Part shown: piece after piece, positions 19,749 through 28,658 of the stretch
Numbering within the stretch: the first letter of the stretch is position 1
Layout: every line of letters begins with the position of its first letter
Assembly (NCBI GenBank): GCA_937924755.1
Contig: CALEVZ010000005.1
Span: forward strand, 22,609-86,608
Direction of reading: 5' to 3'
DNA from: an uncultured bacterium
GTDB lineage: Bacteria; Acidobacteriota; Thermoanaerobaculia; Thermoanaerobaculales; Thermoanaerobaculaceae
DNA: 64,000 bases
Translations under genes and position numbers: made by a program
Notes under the pieces: model-generated
Told to the model about the DNA's origin: nothing
Databases searched by the model: none
What the model saw: the letters and a program-made list of their open reading frames with translations, nothing else

Positions 19749-21052
19749 CTCGAGCCCCCGCCGCCAGTGGGACGGCCCGCCTGCATGCCGCCACGAGCCC
19801 ATGGACGCCTGTAGCGGTGCACCCGCGACAGCAGGTGGAGCACCCGCAGTCGCCAGGTGCGCCGCCACCGGCCCTCGCGGAGGAGGTCACCGGCGCACAG
19901 GGAGATGAGGCCGGCGCGCAGGCGCAAGGTATGGGGGGGTTGAAGGAGCAATCTTCTGAAAAGGGGGTCGTGAAACGCTCGAGAGAGGGCGAAGGCGGCG
20001 CGGTGCAGACCTCGGGTGAAGGCGATGGTGGGGCCGAAGTCGGCGGCGTCCACGCGGCCGTGGCGGGCGAACCCCTCGGCGATGTCCAGCGCCCCCGAGG
20101 CGGCGGTGGCGGCGGCCGTTAGCACGCCGAGAAACCCCAGCGGGTCGAAGAAGCCGGCGGCGTCGCCCAGCAGGCAGTACCCGTCCCCGGCCACCCGCAG
20201 CACCCGGTAGGAATAGTCGCGCCAAAACTGGGCACCGGCCAGTTCGGTCGCTGGTTGGAGGAGGCGGTGAAAAGCCGGGGTGGTGGCAACTGCGGCGCGC
20301 AGAAGCTGCGCGGCTGCCTGGGCGCTCGTCGCCGCGCCGGGGTCAAACACACCCCCCAATGAAACCTCCTCGCTGGCCAGAGGAGCGAGCCACAGCCACC
20401 CGCCCTGGTGCGCCACCAGGCTGGTGAACTGCGGCCGACCGTCGGCAAGCGGCCTGGGCAGGCGCCACAGCTGCTGGACCGCCACTTTGCGGTGGCGGGG
20501 GTAGCCGAAGCGCCACCCCATGCGGGAGGCGAGAAGGGCCGCCTGACCAGTGGCGTCCAGGACGGCGCGGGCGAGGATCTGGCGTTCGGCGCCTTCGGAG
20601 TTGGCGGCCACCACGCCGACGAGCCTGTCCCCCTCCCATACCGGGTTTGCCGCCTTCCACCCACGCAAGACCTCGGCGCCGCTGCGCCGGGCGTGGTTCA
20701 GGAGGGCCGCGTCCAGCTCCCCCCGGTGGACCTGATAGCCGTGGGGAAGGCCGGGCTCGAGGGCCTCGGAGAAGGGCAGTGTGCCGAGAATCTCGCCGTC
20801 CTCGGCGAGGAACTCCACCCCGTCCCATCGCCCGGTGTGGGGCAGCGTCCGCACCACCTCGCCCACGCCCAGCTCGTCCAGCAGGGGGAGGAGGCCGGGG
20901 GACAGGGACGCCCCCACCTCCCCCCGCGACGTCGCGGCGTCGAGCACGGTGACGCCGAGGCCGCGGCGGGCCAACAGTGTCGCGGCGATGGCGCCGGCGG
21001 GTCCGCCGCCCAGCACCAGCACATCGGTGGGCAAGAGAGACGGAGCGCGCAT
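19745..21052 (-). CDS. FAD-dependent oxidoreductase (geranylgeranyl-reductase / halogenase-like fold)
   Basis: Dinucleotide motif DVLVLGGGPAGAIAA, a GGWLWLAPL segment and GDAAGFFDP (the GD motif). 435 aa. Confidence 0.7.
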   Translation of the reverse strand: MRAPSLLPTDVLVLGGGPAGAIAATLLARRGLGVTVLDAATSRGEVGASLSPGLLPLLDELGVGEVVRTLPHTGRWDGVEFLAEDGEILGTLPFSEALEPGLPHGYQVHRGELDAALLNHARRSGAEVLRGWKAANPVWEGDRLVGVVAANSEGAERQILARAVLDATGQAALLASRMGWRFGYPRHRKVAVQQLWRLPRPLADGRPQFTSLVAHQGGWLWLAPLASEEVSLGGVFDPGAATSAQAAAQLLRAAVATTPAFHRLLQPATELAGAQFWRDYSYRVLRVAGDGYCLLGDAAGFFDPLGFLGVLTAAATAASGALDIAEGFARHGRVDAADFGPTIAFTRGLHRAAFALSRAFHDPLFRRLLLQPPHTLRLRAGLISLCAGDLLREGRWRRTWRLRVLHLLSRVHRYRRPWARGGMQAGRPTGGGGSR

Positions 21053-21077
21053 CCTGGTCGTGCTCGTCGAAGCCGCG

Positions 21078-22214
21078 TTACAATCGCGCCAGAAGCACCC
21101 GAAGAGCGTCCAGCTCGCCGGCGGTGGCGTAGAAGTGGGGTGAAAAGCGCACCATCCCCTCGCGGGCGCCGACGATCACCGAGCGGGATTCCAGGCGGCG
21201 GCGTACCTCCTCTGCGGGCAGGAACGGGTGGCGGGCGGCGACGATTCCGGAGGCTTCGTGCCCCGCCCCCGGCGACACCACCTGCCACCCCGCCTGCACC
21301 AGCGTCTGGGTCAGGGTGCGGTTATGGCGGACCACGCGGTTGTGGATCTCCTGGGGGTCGGCGTCGAGGAGCAAATCCAGGGCGGCCGCCAGGCCGGCCA
21401 CCAACACCGTGGGCATCGCCCCGGCCTCGAATCGCCGTCCATCGGGCAGGAACTCCAGCTCCTGGAGAAACAGCGAGCCCGGCTTGCGGCGCACGTTGAG
21501 CCAGCCGGCCAGGGCGGGGTGGAGGCGGGCCCGCAGTTCGGCCCTCGTCACCAGCACGCCCAGGCCTTCGGGGCCGAGCATCCACTTGTGCCCGTCGGCC
21601 ACCAGGGCATCGGCGCCCATGGCGGCGAGGTTGGCGGGCAGTGCCCCGAGCCCCTGAATGGCATCCACCACCACCAGGATCCCCTCGCGGTGGGCGGCGG
21701 CCGCCAGCTCGGCCACGGGTGCCACCCAGCCGGTGTGGAAGGACACCCAGGAGAGGGCGAGCAGGCGGACCGGTGGTTTGAGCATGGGGGTGACGACGTC
21801 GGGGCGGATCCGGCCATTGGGGGTGGGGAAGCGAACCACCTTCACGCCACGGCGGCCCAGGGCCAGCCACGGCGCCACGTTGGCGGCGAACTCCTCCTCG
21901 CCCACGAGCACCACGTCCCCCTTGCGCCACTCCAGCCCCTGGGCCACCAGCGACAACCCTTCCGAGGTGGAGCGCACCAGCGACACGTCCTCGGCCCTGG
22001 CGCCGGTGAGCTGGGCGGCCAGGGAGCGGGCCGTGAGCTCGGTCTGTCGCCACGCCTCCCAGGAGGTGGCGCCGCTGGTCTCCAGCTCGGCTACGCGCTG
22101 CCGCATGGCCTCGGCGACGCGCCGGGGGAGGGGGCAGACGGCGGCGTGGTTGAGGTAGAGACAGTGCTCCCGCACCGGGAATTCGGGCAGCCAGCGGCCG
22201 ATCTCCAGCGGCAC
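21078..22214 (-). CDS. Class-V aminotransferase-fold PLP enzyme
   Basis: LYLNHAAVCPLP, DAIQGLG and ADGHKW (PLP Lys region). The track ORF is over-extended to 23072. My proposed GTG start at 22214 is uncertain because no strong SD is visible. Confidence 0.65.
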   Translation of the reverse strand: MPLEIGRWLPEFPVREHCLYLNHAAVCPLPRRVAEAMRQRVAELETSGATSWEAWRQTELTARSLAAQLTGARAEDVSLVRSTSEGLSLVAQGLEWRKGDVVLVGEEEFAANVAPWLALGRRGVKVVRFPTPNGRIRPDVVTPMLKPPVRLLALSWVSFHTGWVAPVAELAAAAHREGILVVVDAIQGLGALPANLAAMGADALVADGHKWMLGPEGLGVLVTRAELRARLHPALAGWLNVRRKPGSLFLQELEFLPDGRRFEAGAMPTVLVAGLAAALDLLLDADPQEIHNRVVRHNRTLTQTLVQAGWQVVSPGAGHEASGIVAARHPFLPAEEVRRRLESRSVIVGAREGMVRFSPHFYATAGELDALRVLLARL

Positions 22215-22385
22215 GGTCGGAGTATAGTCGCTTCGTGGCCGCGAGAGAGGAACCCCGGCAATTTCGCCGTACCGGGCGAGGGTGCGCGCAAAGCGTTCCT
22301 CGCGTCGCGCCCCTCTTCCCCTGTTCTTCTGTCCGTCTCTCCTGCTCGCCCAGCCGAGGGGTCGGGCGCGCCGCGAGGCCCTGAG

Positions 22386-24206
22386 GTGTGCGGCATCGCC
22401 GGCTGGGCCGGGGCCTGCCCCGACGACGCCGGCCAGCGGCTGGCGGCGGCGCTGACCCGGTTGGCCCACCGCGGCCCCGACGACGAGCAAGCCGTGGCGG
22501 GGGACGGCTGGGCGCTGGGGGCCCGGCGGCTGGCCATCGTCGATCTGGTCAGCGGCGGTCAGCCGGTGCGCAACGAGGACGGCTCCGTCGTCGCCGTGCT
22601 CAACGGCGAGATCTACAACTACGTGGAGCTGCGCGCCGAGCTCGCGGCCCGTGGGCACCGGCTGCGGTCCACCGGCGACACCGAGGTCTTGGTTCACCTG
22701 TGGGAGGAGGTGGGGGAGCAGCTGCCGGAGCGCCTGAGGGGGATGTTTGCCCTGGCGGTGGTGGATAGCCGACGGCGGGTGCTGTTCCTGGCCCGCGATC
22801 GCCTGGGCAAGAAGCCCCTCTACCTGACGCGCCAGGGGGCCACCCTGTGGTTTGCCTCGGAGTTGAAGGCCCTCCGCGCGGCTGAACCGGCCTTGGGCGG
22901 GGTGGACGCGGCGGCGCTGCGCTCCTTCCTGGCTTTCGGGTTCGTCCCGGAGGGCGAGTGCATCCTGCCGGGGGTGTGGAAGTTGCCCCCCGCCCACCGG
23001 GCCCTCTGGGAGCTGGACAGTGGGCGCTGGCGGGAGGAGCCGTACTGGGAGCTGGTCCTCACCGACGAGCACCGCCCCTCGCGCGGTGCCGCCGTGGAGG
23101 AGATCCGCGCGCGCCTGGCCGAGGCAGTGCGGCTGCGGCTGCGCGCCGACGTGCCGGTGGCGGTGTTCCTCTCCGGCGGCATCGACTCAGGGTTGGTCGC
23201 CGCCCTGGCTGCGCCCGCCGCCCCCGCCCTGCGCGCCCTCACCGTGACCTTTGGCCAGGGGGACGACGAGCTGCCCCTGGCCCGCCGCACGGCCAGTCAC
23301 ACCGGCCTGGAGGTCACCCCGGTGCCGGTGGATCCTCGCCGGGGCATCGAGCTACTGCCCCAGCTGGCCGAGATTTTCGATGAACCCCTCGCCGATCCCT
23401 CGGTCATTCCCACCCTGCTCGTCAGCCGCGCGGCGCGCCAGCATGCTCCGGTGGTGCTCAACGGCGATGGGGGGGACGAGGTATTCGCCGGCTACCGCCG
23501 CCACCAGGCGGGGGTGCTGGCGGGGCTGCCGGGGATCGCCCCGGCGGCCGCCGTGCTGCGCCGGGTGGGCTGGCGTGGGTGGGCGGGGCGGTTCGCCCGC
23601 GGGGTGACCTCGCGCCGCCACCCCTACCTGGAGTGGGGTCCGGTCAAGCTGGGAACGGACGGAGCCGCGGCGGTGCTGGGCGGCGGGGAGGTCCTCCCCA
23701 CCTCCCTGGCCAACGCCCTCGACCGAGAGGGGTGCGAAAAGCCCCTGGCACAGCAGCTGCGCGGGGCGGACCTGCTGTTCTTCCTGCCCGGCGACCTGCT
23801 GCCCAAGATGGATCGCGCCACCATGGCCGCCTCCCTGGAGGCGCGGTCACCGCTTCTGGATCACCAGCTGGTGGAGTACGCCGCGGCTCTCCACCCGTCC
23901 CTGCTGTACAGCGCCTTCACCACCAAGCCGCTGCTGCGCGCCGCCGCCGCCGGCCTGTTGCCGCGCGCGGTCCGCCGGGCCCCCAAGTGCGGCTTCGAGG
24001 TGCCGCTCCAGGAGTGGCTGGCGGGTCCCTGGGCGGAGCAGGTGCGGGCGCTCTCGGAGGACCCGGCGGCGGCTCTGCGACAGCTGATCCCCGGCCACCG
24101 ACTGGCCCCCTGGCGCGCCTGGCAACAGCACGGCGACCGCCAGCGCGCTGCCCGCGCCGTGTTCACTCTGCTCACCCTGGAGCACTGGCTGCGCCGCTGG
24201 GGGTAG
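22386..24206 (+). CDS. asnB: Asparagine synthase (glutamine-hydrolysing) paralogue
   Basis: GTG start followed by CGIAGW (Ntn Cys), LNGEIYNY, the synthetase PP-loop VFLSGGIDS and the C-terminal LLTLEHWLRRW. The track ORF from 21228 is over-extended. Confidence 0.85.
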   Translation: MCGIAGWAGACPDDAGQRLAAALTRLAHRGPDDEQAVAGDGWALGARRLAIVDLVSGGQPVRNEDGSVVAVLNGEIYNYVELRAELAARGHRLRSTGDTEVLVHLWEEVGEQLPERLRGMFALAVVDSRRRVLFLARDRLGKKPLYLTRQGATLWFASELKALRAAEPALGGVDAAALRSFLAFGFVPEGECILPGVWKLPPAHRALWELDSGRWREEPYWELVLTDEHRPSRGAAVEEIRARLAEAVRLRLRADVPVAVFLSGGIDSGLVAALAAPAAPALRALTVTFGQGDDELPLARRTASHTGLEVTPVPVDPRRGIELLPQLAEIFDEPLADPSVIPTLLVSRAARQHAPVVLNGDGGDEVFAGYRRHQAGVLAGLPGIAPAAAVLRRVGWRGWAGRFARGVTSRRHPYLEWGPVKLGTDGAAAVLGGGEVLPTSLANALDREGCEKPLAQQLRGADLLFFLPGDLLPKMDRATMAASLEARSPLLDHQLVEYAAALHPSLLYSAFTTKPLLRAAAAGLLPRAVRRAPKCGFEVPLQEWLAGPWAEQVRALSEDPAAALRQLIPGHRLAPWRAWQQHGDRQRAARAVFTLLTLEHWLRRWG

Positions 24207-24217
24207 TGGGCAGCGGG

Positions 24218-26524
24218 TCAGCGGTCAGGCCGGGAGGGCGCCGGGCGTCCCGGGCCGGGCGGTCGGGAGGGGCGGCCGCCGTCGCCGCCCGAGGCGGAGC
24301 CGGAGGAGGCGCCAGGCGCCGGGGCGCGGGGGGCCGGGGCGCTGCGCGGGGGTGGTGCCTCCGCCCGGGGGGCGGGTGCCGCGGCGCGCGGTGGCGGTGC
24401 GTAGGAGTCGCTGCGCGGGGCGGCCGGGCGGGGCGGGGGGGCGGCGACGGGACGGGAAGGGGCAGAGGGCTCTCTTCCCCAGGACTCCTGGCCCTGACTG
24501 CCACCGTAGCCGCCCCGACTCACCGGGCTCGAGGGTCGGGCCGGCGCACGGCCAGGGGCGTCAAAGCGATCGTCAAAGCTGCGCTGCGAGGAGGGTGGCG
24601 GCGACTCCGGTTGCCGCGGTGGGGGTGGGGCAGGGCGCGATTGCTCCGCCGGCGGGCGCGCCGGCGGCGGCGCCGAGCTGCGGCTCGCGCCCGGGTCGGA
24701 GGAGCCAGCCGGTGGCCGCACCGGAGCCGGGGCGCTGCGCTCCGGGGGGCGCCTGGCGTCCTCGCCCGCCGGGCCAGGTGCGGAGGGGGCACCGCCGGGC
24801 TGGGAACGGTCGGGGGCCGGGCGCCCCACTTCGCGGCGGGGCGTGTCTGGCACCTCCCCGCGGGCCGGGGTCCCCGGGTCGACCCGCTCGGGTCTGCTGC
24901 GCTCGGGAATGCGGATGGGGGTGCGGTCCTCGCTCCCGCCGCTGCTGCGTCCGGGAGAGCCGAGCCCGGGCTGGCCCCCGCGCACCGGTGCCGGCTGGCG
25001 CTCGCCCGGCCATTCGGAGCCGTTTCGCCCGCGCACCTCGCCGCGGCCAGGCAGGTCGGTGCGACCCGGCACGCCGCCACGCCCCGGTGCCCCCCCGCGG
25101 ACGTCGGCGCCGCCCTCGGCCCGCTCGGCGCCGCGGATCAGCTCACCTGTGGGCAACATGCGCACCGCGGGGGTACCTTGGCGAACATCGACCGCGCCTT
25201 CTTCCCGCCGCAGCACCCGGGTGAGATCGGGGATGTTGTCATCCCGCAGCCCGCGGCGGAACTCCCGCTCGAAGGCGTTGGGGTCGGGGCGGACGTCGCG
25301 GGTGAGCAGGGGGCCCGACCGCACGTACGCCGGGGTGCGGGGCAGCTCCTGGCGGATGCGCTCGGGGCTCAGGCGCACGCGGTCCAGGCGGGCGTGGGCG
25401 AAGTGACTCGCAGGAACCACGGTCCATGGGCGCAGGTCGATGTCGCCCAGGTAGATACGTCCCCGGAAGTCGAGCGTGACCTGGCTCCAGCGACCGGGAT
25501 AGGAGCCGTGGAAGTGCCGGTAGCGGCTCCAGTACCAGGAGTCGTAGTAGCCGCGCGGGCACCAGCCGATGTAGGAGCCGGAGTAAAACCAGTGCACCCA
25601 GGCGGGTCCCCACACCCAGTCCCAGCACCACAGCCAGCCGTGGCGCGGGTGGTAGGTCCACGAGCCGTAGTGGTAGGGGTACCACCCCCAGGGCTCGTAG
25701 GAGATCCACGTCCAACCCACCGGCGTCCAGTACCAGCGACCGTAGCTGTAAGGCACCCAGGTGACGGCGACGCGGGGGCGCCAGGCCCAATAGCTGTCCA
25801 CGTAAATCCAGTCGCCGTACGAGTCCAGGATGGCGGCGCGGCTGGCGGCCCGGCTTCCCACCTGTTCGGCGGTGCGGCCAGGGGGGGCAGGCCGCCGGCG
25901 CTCCGACACCCAGCGCCAGAATTCATCGCGGGTCTCGTACAGGGCCCGGGTCTCCGGCCGGCCGCTGGCGGTGAGGTACGCCTGCTGGCCGGCCCGCAGC
26001 AGGGCCGAGCCGGCACCGGAGGGCAGTTCGGCCAGACCGGCGAAGGATCTCACCTCCACCTGCCCGCGGTCGATGTCGACCCGGTACAGCCCGGGGCGCT
26101 GGAGGAAGATGGTTCCTGCCGGGGTATCGAGCCGGGTGGTGGCGTCGCCCAGGCCGTGGGCGGGGAGCTCGAAGGCGGCGGTGCCGTCGGCGAGATAGAG
26201 CACGGTGCGGGAGGCGGGGCTCTCGCGGGAGAAGGCAAGGGCGTCGAAGTCCAGGGTGGAGAACTCGTCGAGCCACACCGTGGTGGCGTCGGCGAGCACG
26301 ATTTCGACCCGGGCGGCCCGCGCCGTCACCAGGCGATCCCCGGCGAGCACCGGCATGTTGACCACCACGTCCAGGGATTCGTTGCCGTTCGCCGGGCGCA
26401 GGGTGGCGTAGCGCTCCACGTAGGAGATGTAGCTCAGCGAGGTCGCATCGTCCTCGGCGAAGGCCGCGCCGGTGGCCACCAGGGCCACCGCGGCGACGGT
26501 GAGGATGCTGCTGATGCGGGTCAT
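24218..26524 (-). CDS. Secreted FecR-like protein with a Trp/Tyr-rich module (DUF6600-like) and a long Pro/Arg/Gly/Ser-rich tail
   Basis: Signal peptide MTRISSILTVAAVALVATGAAFA. FecR-like segment PVLAGDRLVTARAARVEIVLADATTVWL. The W/Y-rich block is encoded at about 25487-25825 and the low-complexity C-terminus at about 24218-25230. Confidence 0.5.
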   Translation of the reverse strand: MTRISSILTVAAVALVATGAAFAEDDATSLSYISYVERYATLRPANGNESLDVVVNMPVLAGDRLVTARAARVEIVLADATTVWLDEFSTLDFDALAFSRESPASRTVLYLADGTAAFELPAHGLGDATTRLDTPAGTIFLQRPGLYRVDIDRGQVEVRSFAGLAELPSGAGSALLRAGQQAYLTASGRPETRALYETRDEFWRWVSERRRPAPPGRTAEQVGSRAASRAAILDSYGDWIYVDSYWAWRPRVAVTWVPYSYGRWYWTPVGWTWISYEPWGWYPYHYGSWTYHPRHGWLWCWDWVWGPAWVHWFYSGSYIGWCPRGYYDSWYWSRYRHFHGSYPGRWSQVTLDFRGRIYLGDIDLRPWTVVPASHFAHARLDRVRLSPERIRQELPRTPAYVRSGPLLTRDVRPDPNAFEREFRRGLRDDNIPDLTRVLRREEGAVDVRQGTPAVRMLPTGELIRGAERAEGGADVRGGAPGRGGVPGRTDLPGRGEVRGRNGSEWPGERQPAPVRGGQPGLGSPGRSSGGSEDRTPIRIPERSRPERVDPGTPARGEVPDTPRREVGRPAPDRSQPGGAPSAPGPAGEDARRPPERSAPAPVRPPAGSSDPGASRSSAPPPARPPAEQSRPAPPPPRQPESPPPSSQRSFDDRFDAPGRAPARPSSPVSRGGYGGSQGQESWGREPSAPSRPVAAPPPRPAAPRSDSYAPPPRAAAPAPRAEAPPPRSAPAPRAPAPGASSGSASGGDGGRPSRPPGPGRPAPSRPDR

Positions 26525-26576
26525 CGGGCACCTCCCTTCACGTCCCACGCCCTTCCTTTTGCAAACACAGTGCCAG

Positions 26577-27281
26577 TTAGCGCACGACCCGGTCCATGGA
26601 CACCACGTGATGCTGCTGGCGCAGCTTGATCAGAGTACCGGCGGGATAGAAGCCCGACCGCAGCGCCACGTTGGGGTAGGTGACGCAGCCGGGGCCCATG
26701 AGCACGCCGGGGTTCAACACCGTGTTGCAGCCGGTGCGGCACCCGTCCCCCAGGATGGCGCCGAACTTGCGCAGGCCGGTGTGCACCGTCTCGCCCCCGT
26801 GGGAGAACGTCACCTCGCGACCGATGTTCTTGACGTTGGAGAGGATGGTCCCGGCACCCAGGTTGACGTCGCGGCCCAGGATGGAGTCACCCACGTAGTT
26901 CTGATGAGGTGCATGAGCGCTATCGAGGAGTATGGCGCGCTTCAATTCGCTGTGGGCGCCGACCACGCACCGTCGCCCGAGGATGATGTGGCCGCGCAGG
27001 TAGGCGCCGGTGCGGATCTCGCACCCGTCCCCGAGGATGAGGGGGCCCCGCAGGACGACGCCCGGCTCCAGACGGCACCCCTCGCCGAGGGCGATGGGCC
27101 CCTCCAGCAGGTGGACACCCGGTGGCAGGCGAGGGTCGAAAGTCCACTTGGTGTAGGCCCCCAGGTAGGCGTCGAGCTTCTCGCCCAAAGCCGCCCACAC
27201 CGGCTCATCGCGGCGGAACACTTCGCTGTGCTCGAAGGCGTCGAGGTCAGCGAAGAAGCTTTGCGGCAGAAAGGTTTCCAT
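26577..27281 (-). CDS. Left-handed beta-helix (hexapeptide-repeat) protein resembling the GlmU-like C-terminal domain
   Basis: Repeated [LIV]-G-x-x-x-x units: LGEGCRLEPGVVLRGPLILGDGCEIRTGAYLRGHIILGRRCVVG..LGAGTILSNVKN. No nucleotidyltransferase N-domain is present. Confidence 0.6.
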   Translation of the reverse strand: METFLPQSFFADLDAFEHSEVFRRDEPVWAALGEKLDAYLGAYTKWTFDPRLPPGVHLLEGPIALGEGCRLEPGVVLRGPLILGDGCEIRTGAYLRGHIILGRRCVVGAHSELKRAILLDSAHAPHQNYVGDSILGRDVNLGAGTILSNVKNIGREVTFSHGGETVHTGLRKFGAILGDGCRTGCNTVLNPGVLMGPGCVTYPNVALRSGFYPAGTLIKLRQQHHVVSMDRVVR

Positions 27282-27339
27282 GCCGCGCAGTATAGTCGAA
27301 CCGGGAGGGGTCGCCGCCGGATGCTGGAGTGGCCCGTGG

Positions 27340-28602
27340 TCAGTGGCCGGCTGGCAGGGCTGGGCGCCTCACCACGACCATGGTCTGGTCGTCCTCGGGG
27401 AGGCTGCGGCCGGCGAAGCGGTCGAGGGCCTCGAAGACGGCCGCCACGATTTCCCGGGCCGGGCGGTCGTTCAGGCGGCGCACCAGGCGCTGCAGGCGGC
27501 GCAGCCCGAACTGCTGCCGACCCAGGCGGTCGTGGCACTCGGTAATACCGTCGGTGTACATCACCAGGGTAGCCCCTGGCTCCAGGCGCGCAAAGCCGCG
27601 CAGGTAGGCAACGTCGGGCATGGGGCCCAGCACCATGCCGCCTTCCCGCAGGTACTCCCGGCTGCCGTCGGCGTGCAGCAGGAACGGCGGCGGGTGGCCG
27701 GCGTTGACATAAATGATGCTGCCGTTGGTCTCCAGTTCGGCGACGAACAGGGAAACAAACTTGGTGGCCAGCTTGGAGCGATTGATGATCGAATTGAGGC
27801 GCTCGACGGTGCGGGACACCTTGTAGTCCCGGGACAGGCCCATGCGCAGGCCCATGTACACGTCGCGCACCTGCAGGGCGGCGGGCAGGCCGTGGCCGGA
27901 GGCGTCGGCGATGACCAGGTCGAAAAGGTGGGCGGTGATGGGGATGTAGTCGTAGAAGTCTCCCCCTACCACTTCGGCGGCCCGGGAGCCGCCGCCGATG
28001 TCGAAGTCGGCGTAGGCAGGCGTGCGCTTGGGCAGGATGGAGGTCTGGATGCGCAAGGCGTCCTCGAGGATTTCCTCGAAGCGCTCCTGCCGCAGCTTCT
28101 GATTGATGGCCAGGCGCACGATGTTCAACGAGGCGCGAAGGTCGCGCTCGGGTGCCCGCCCCGGGGCGACGTCGAAGGAAATCAGGTAGTCACCGTCGGC
28201 GAGGGCGATGGCGGCAAAACGCTCCCGCGTGCCCAAGAGCGCCTCCAACTCCGGGTTCAAGCCGGGCGAGGCCCGGTCCATCAATACCATCCCCGAATCG
28301 ATGGCGGCCTCGATGGGAGCGTAGCCGTGGGGAACGATGGTACCAGGGGGCGGGGAAGCGGTCCCGAACGATCCGACCAGTTCGTATCCCTCGTCGGTGC
28401 GGCGGTACAGACGCCCGCCGACGATGCCCAGATCATCGCGGAAGTTGGTCACCATGTACTCGGCGACGTTCTGAATGGTTGCCAGAATATCTTCCCCGCG
28501 CTCGATCGCCGACAAGGTGCGCTCGACCTTGCGGAAGAGCGACTTGGGGGCGCTCTCGGGGGGTAGGCCGTGGTTGCGGTACGGTGTCTTGCCTTTCCTC
28601 AC
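27340..28602 (-). CDS. GAF-domain PP2C/SpoIIE-family serine phosphatase (RsbU-like)
   Basis: GGDFYDYI, ADASGHGLPAAL, NAGHPPP and MYTDGITE are SpoIIE motifs. An N-terminal GAF-like region precedes them. Confidence 0.8.
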   Translation of the reverse strand: MRKGKTPYRNHGLPPESAPKSLFRKVERTLSAIERGEDILATIQNVAEYMVTNFRDDLGIVGGRLYRRTDEGYELVGSFGTASPPPGTIVPHGYAPIEAAIDSGMVLMDRASPGLNPELEALLGTRERFAAIALADGDYLISFDVAPGRAPERDLRASLNIVRLAINQKLRQERFEEILEDALRIQTSILPKRTPAYADFDIGGGSRAAEVVGGDFYDYIPITAHLFDLVIADASGHGLPAALQVRDVYMGLRMGLSRDYKVSRTVERLNSIINRSKLATKFVSLFVAELETNGSIIYVNAGHPPPFLLHADGSREYLREGGMVLGPMPDVAYLRGFARLEPGATLVMYTDGITECHDRLGRQQFGLRRLQRLVRRLNDRPAREIVAAVFEALDRFAGRSLPEDDQTMVVVRRPALPAGH

Positions 28603-28658
28603 AAAAATCTCCCGAAAACTTCAACGGCGCGCCGGAGTTCGGCGCGCACCGGGACAGT

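Noticed and set aside
17898-24206. Lasso-peptide cluster, given an Asn-synthetase homologue plus an ABC exporter.
   Set aside because: The AsnB homologue keeps the N-terminal glutaminase Cys (CGIAGW) and full AsnB architecture. There is no transglutaminase-like B protease, no RRE and no plausible precursor ORF nearby. The intergenic gaps are 25 and 171 nt.
24218-25230. Extremely GC-rich, repetitive-looking DNA that could be a tandem repeat or CRISPR-like array.
   Set aside because: There is no regular repeat-spacer periodicity. It is in frame with, and forms the low-complexity Pro/Arg/Gly tail of, the 24218..26524 CDS.
23579-26629. Very long (1016 aa) plus-strand ORF, with similar giants at 46667..48739 (+), 17988..19814 (+), 33458..35263 (-), 3665..5110 (-), 31025..32260 (-) and 21078..23072 (upstream part).
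   Set aside because: These are antisense or out-of-frame shadows of well-supported genes (the FecR-like protein, aprA, the ABC exporter, the acyl-CoA synthetase, the RND pump, hppD and asnB). Their translations are Arg/Gly/Pro/Ala-rich with no motifs. Long stop-free frames are expected in DNA this GC-rich.
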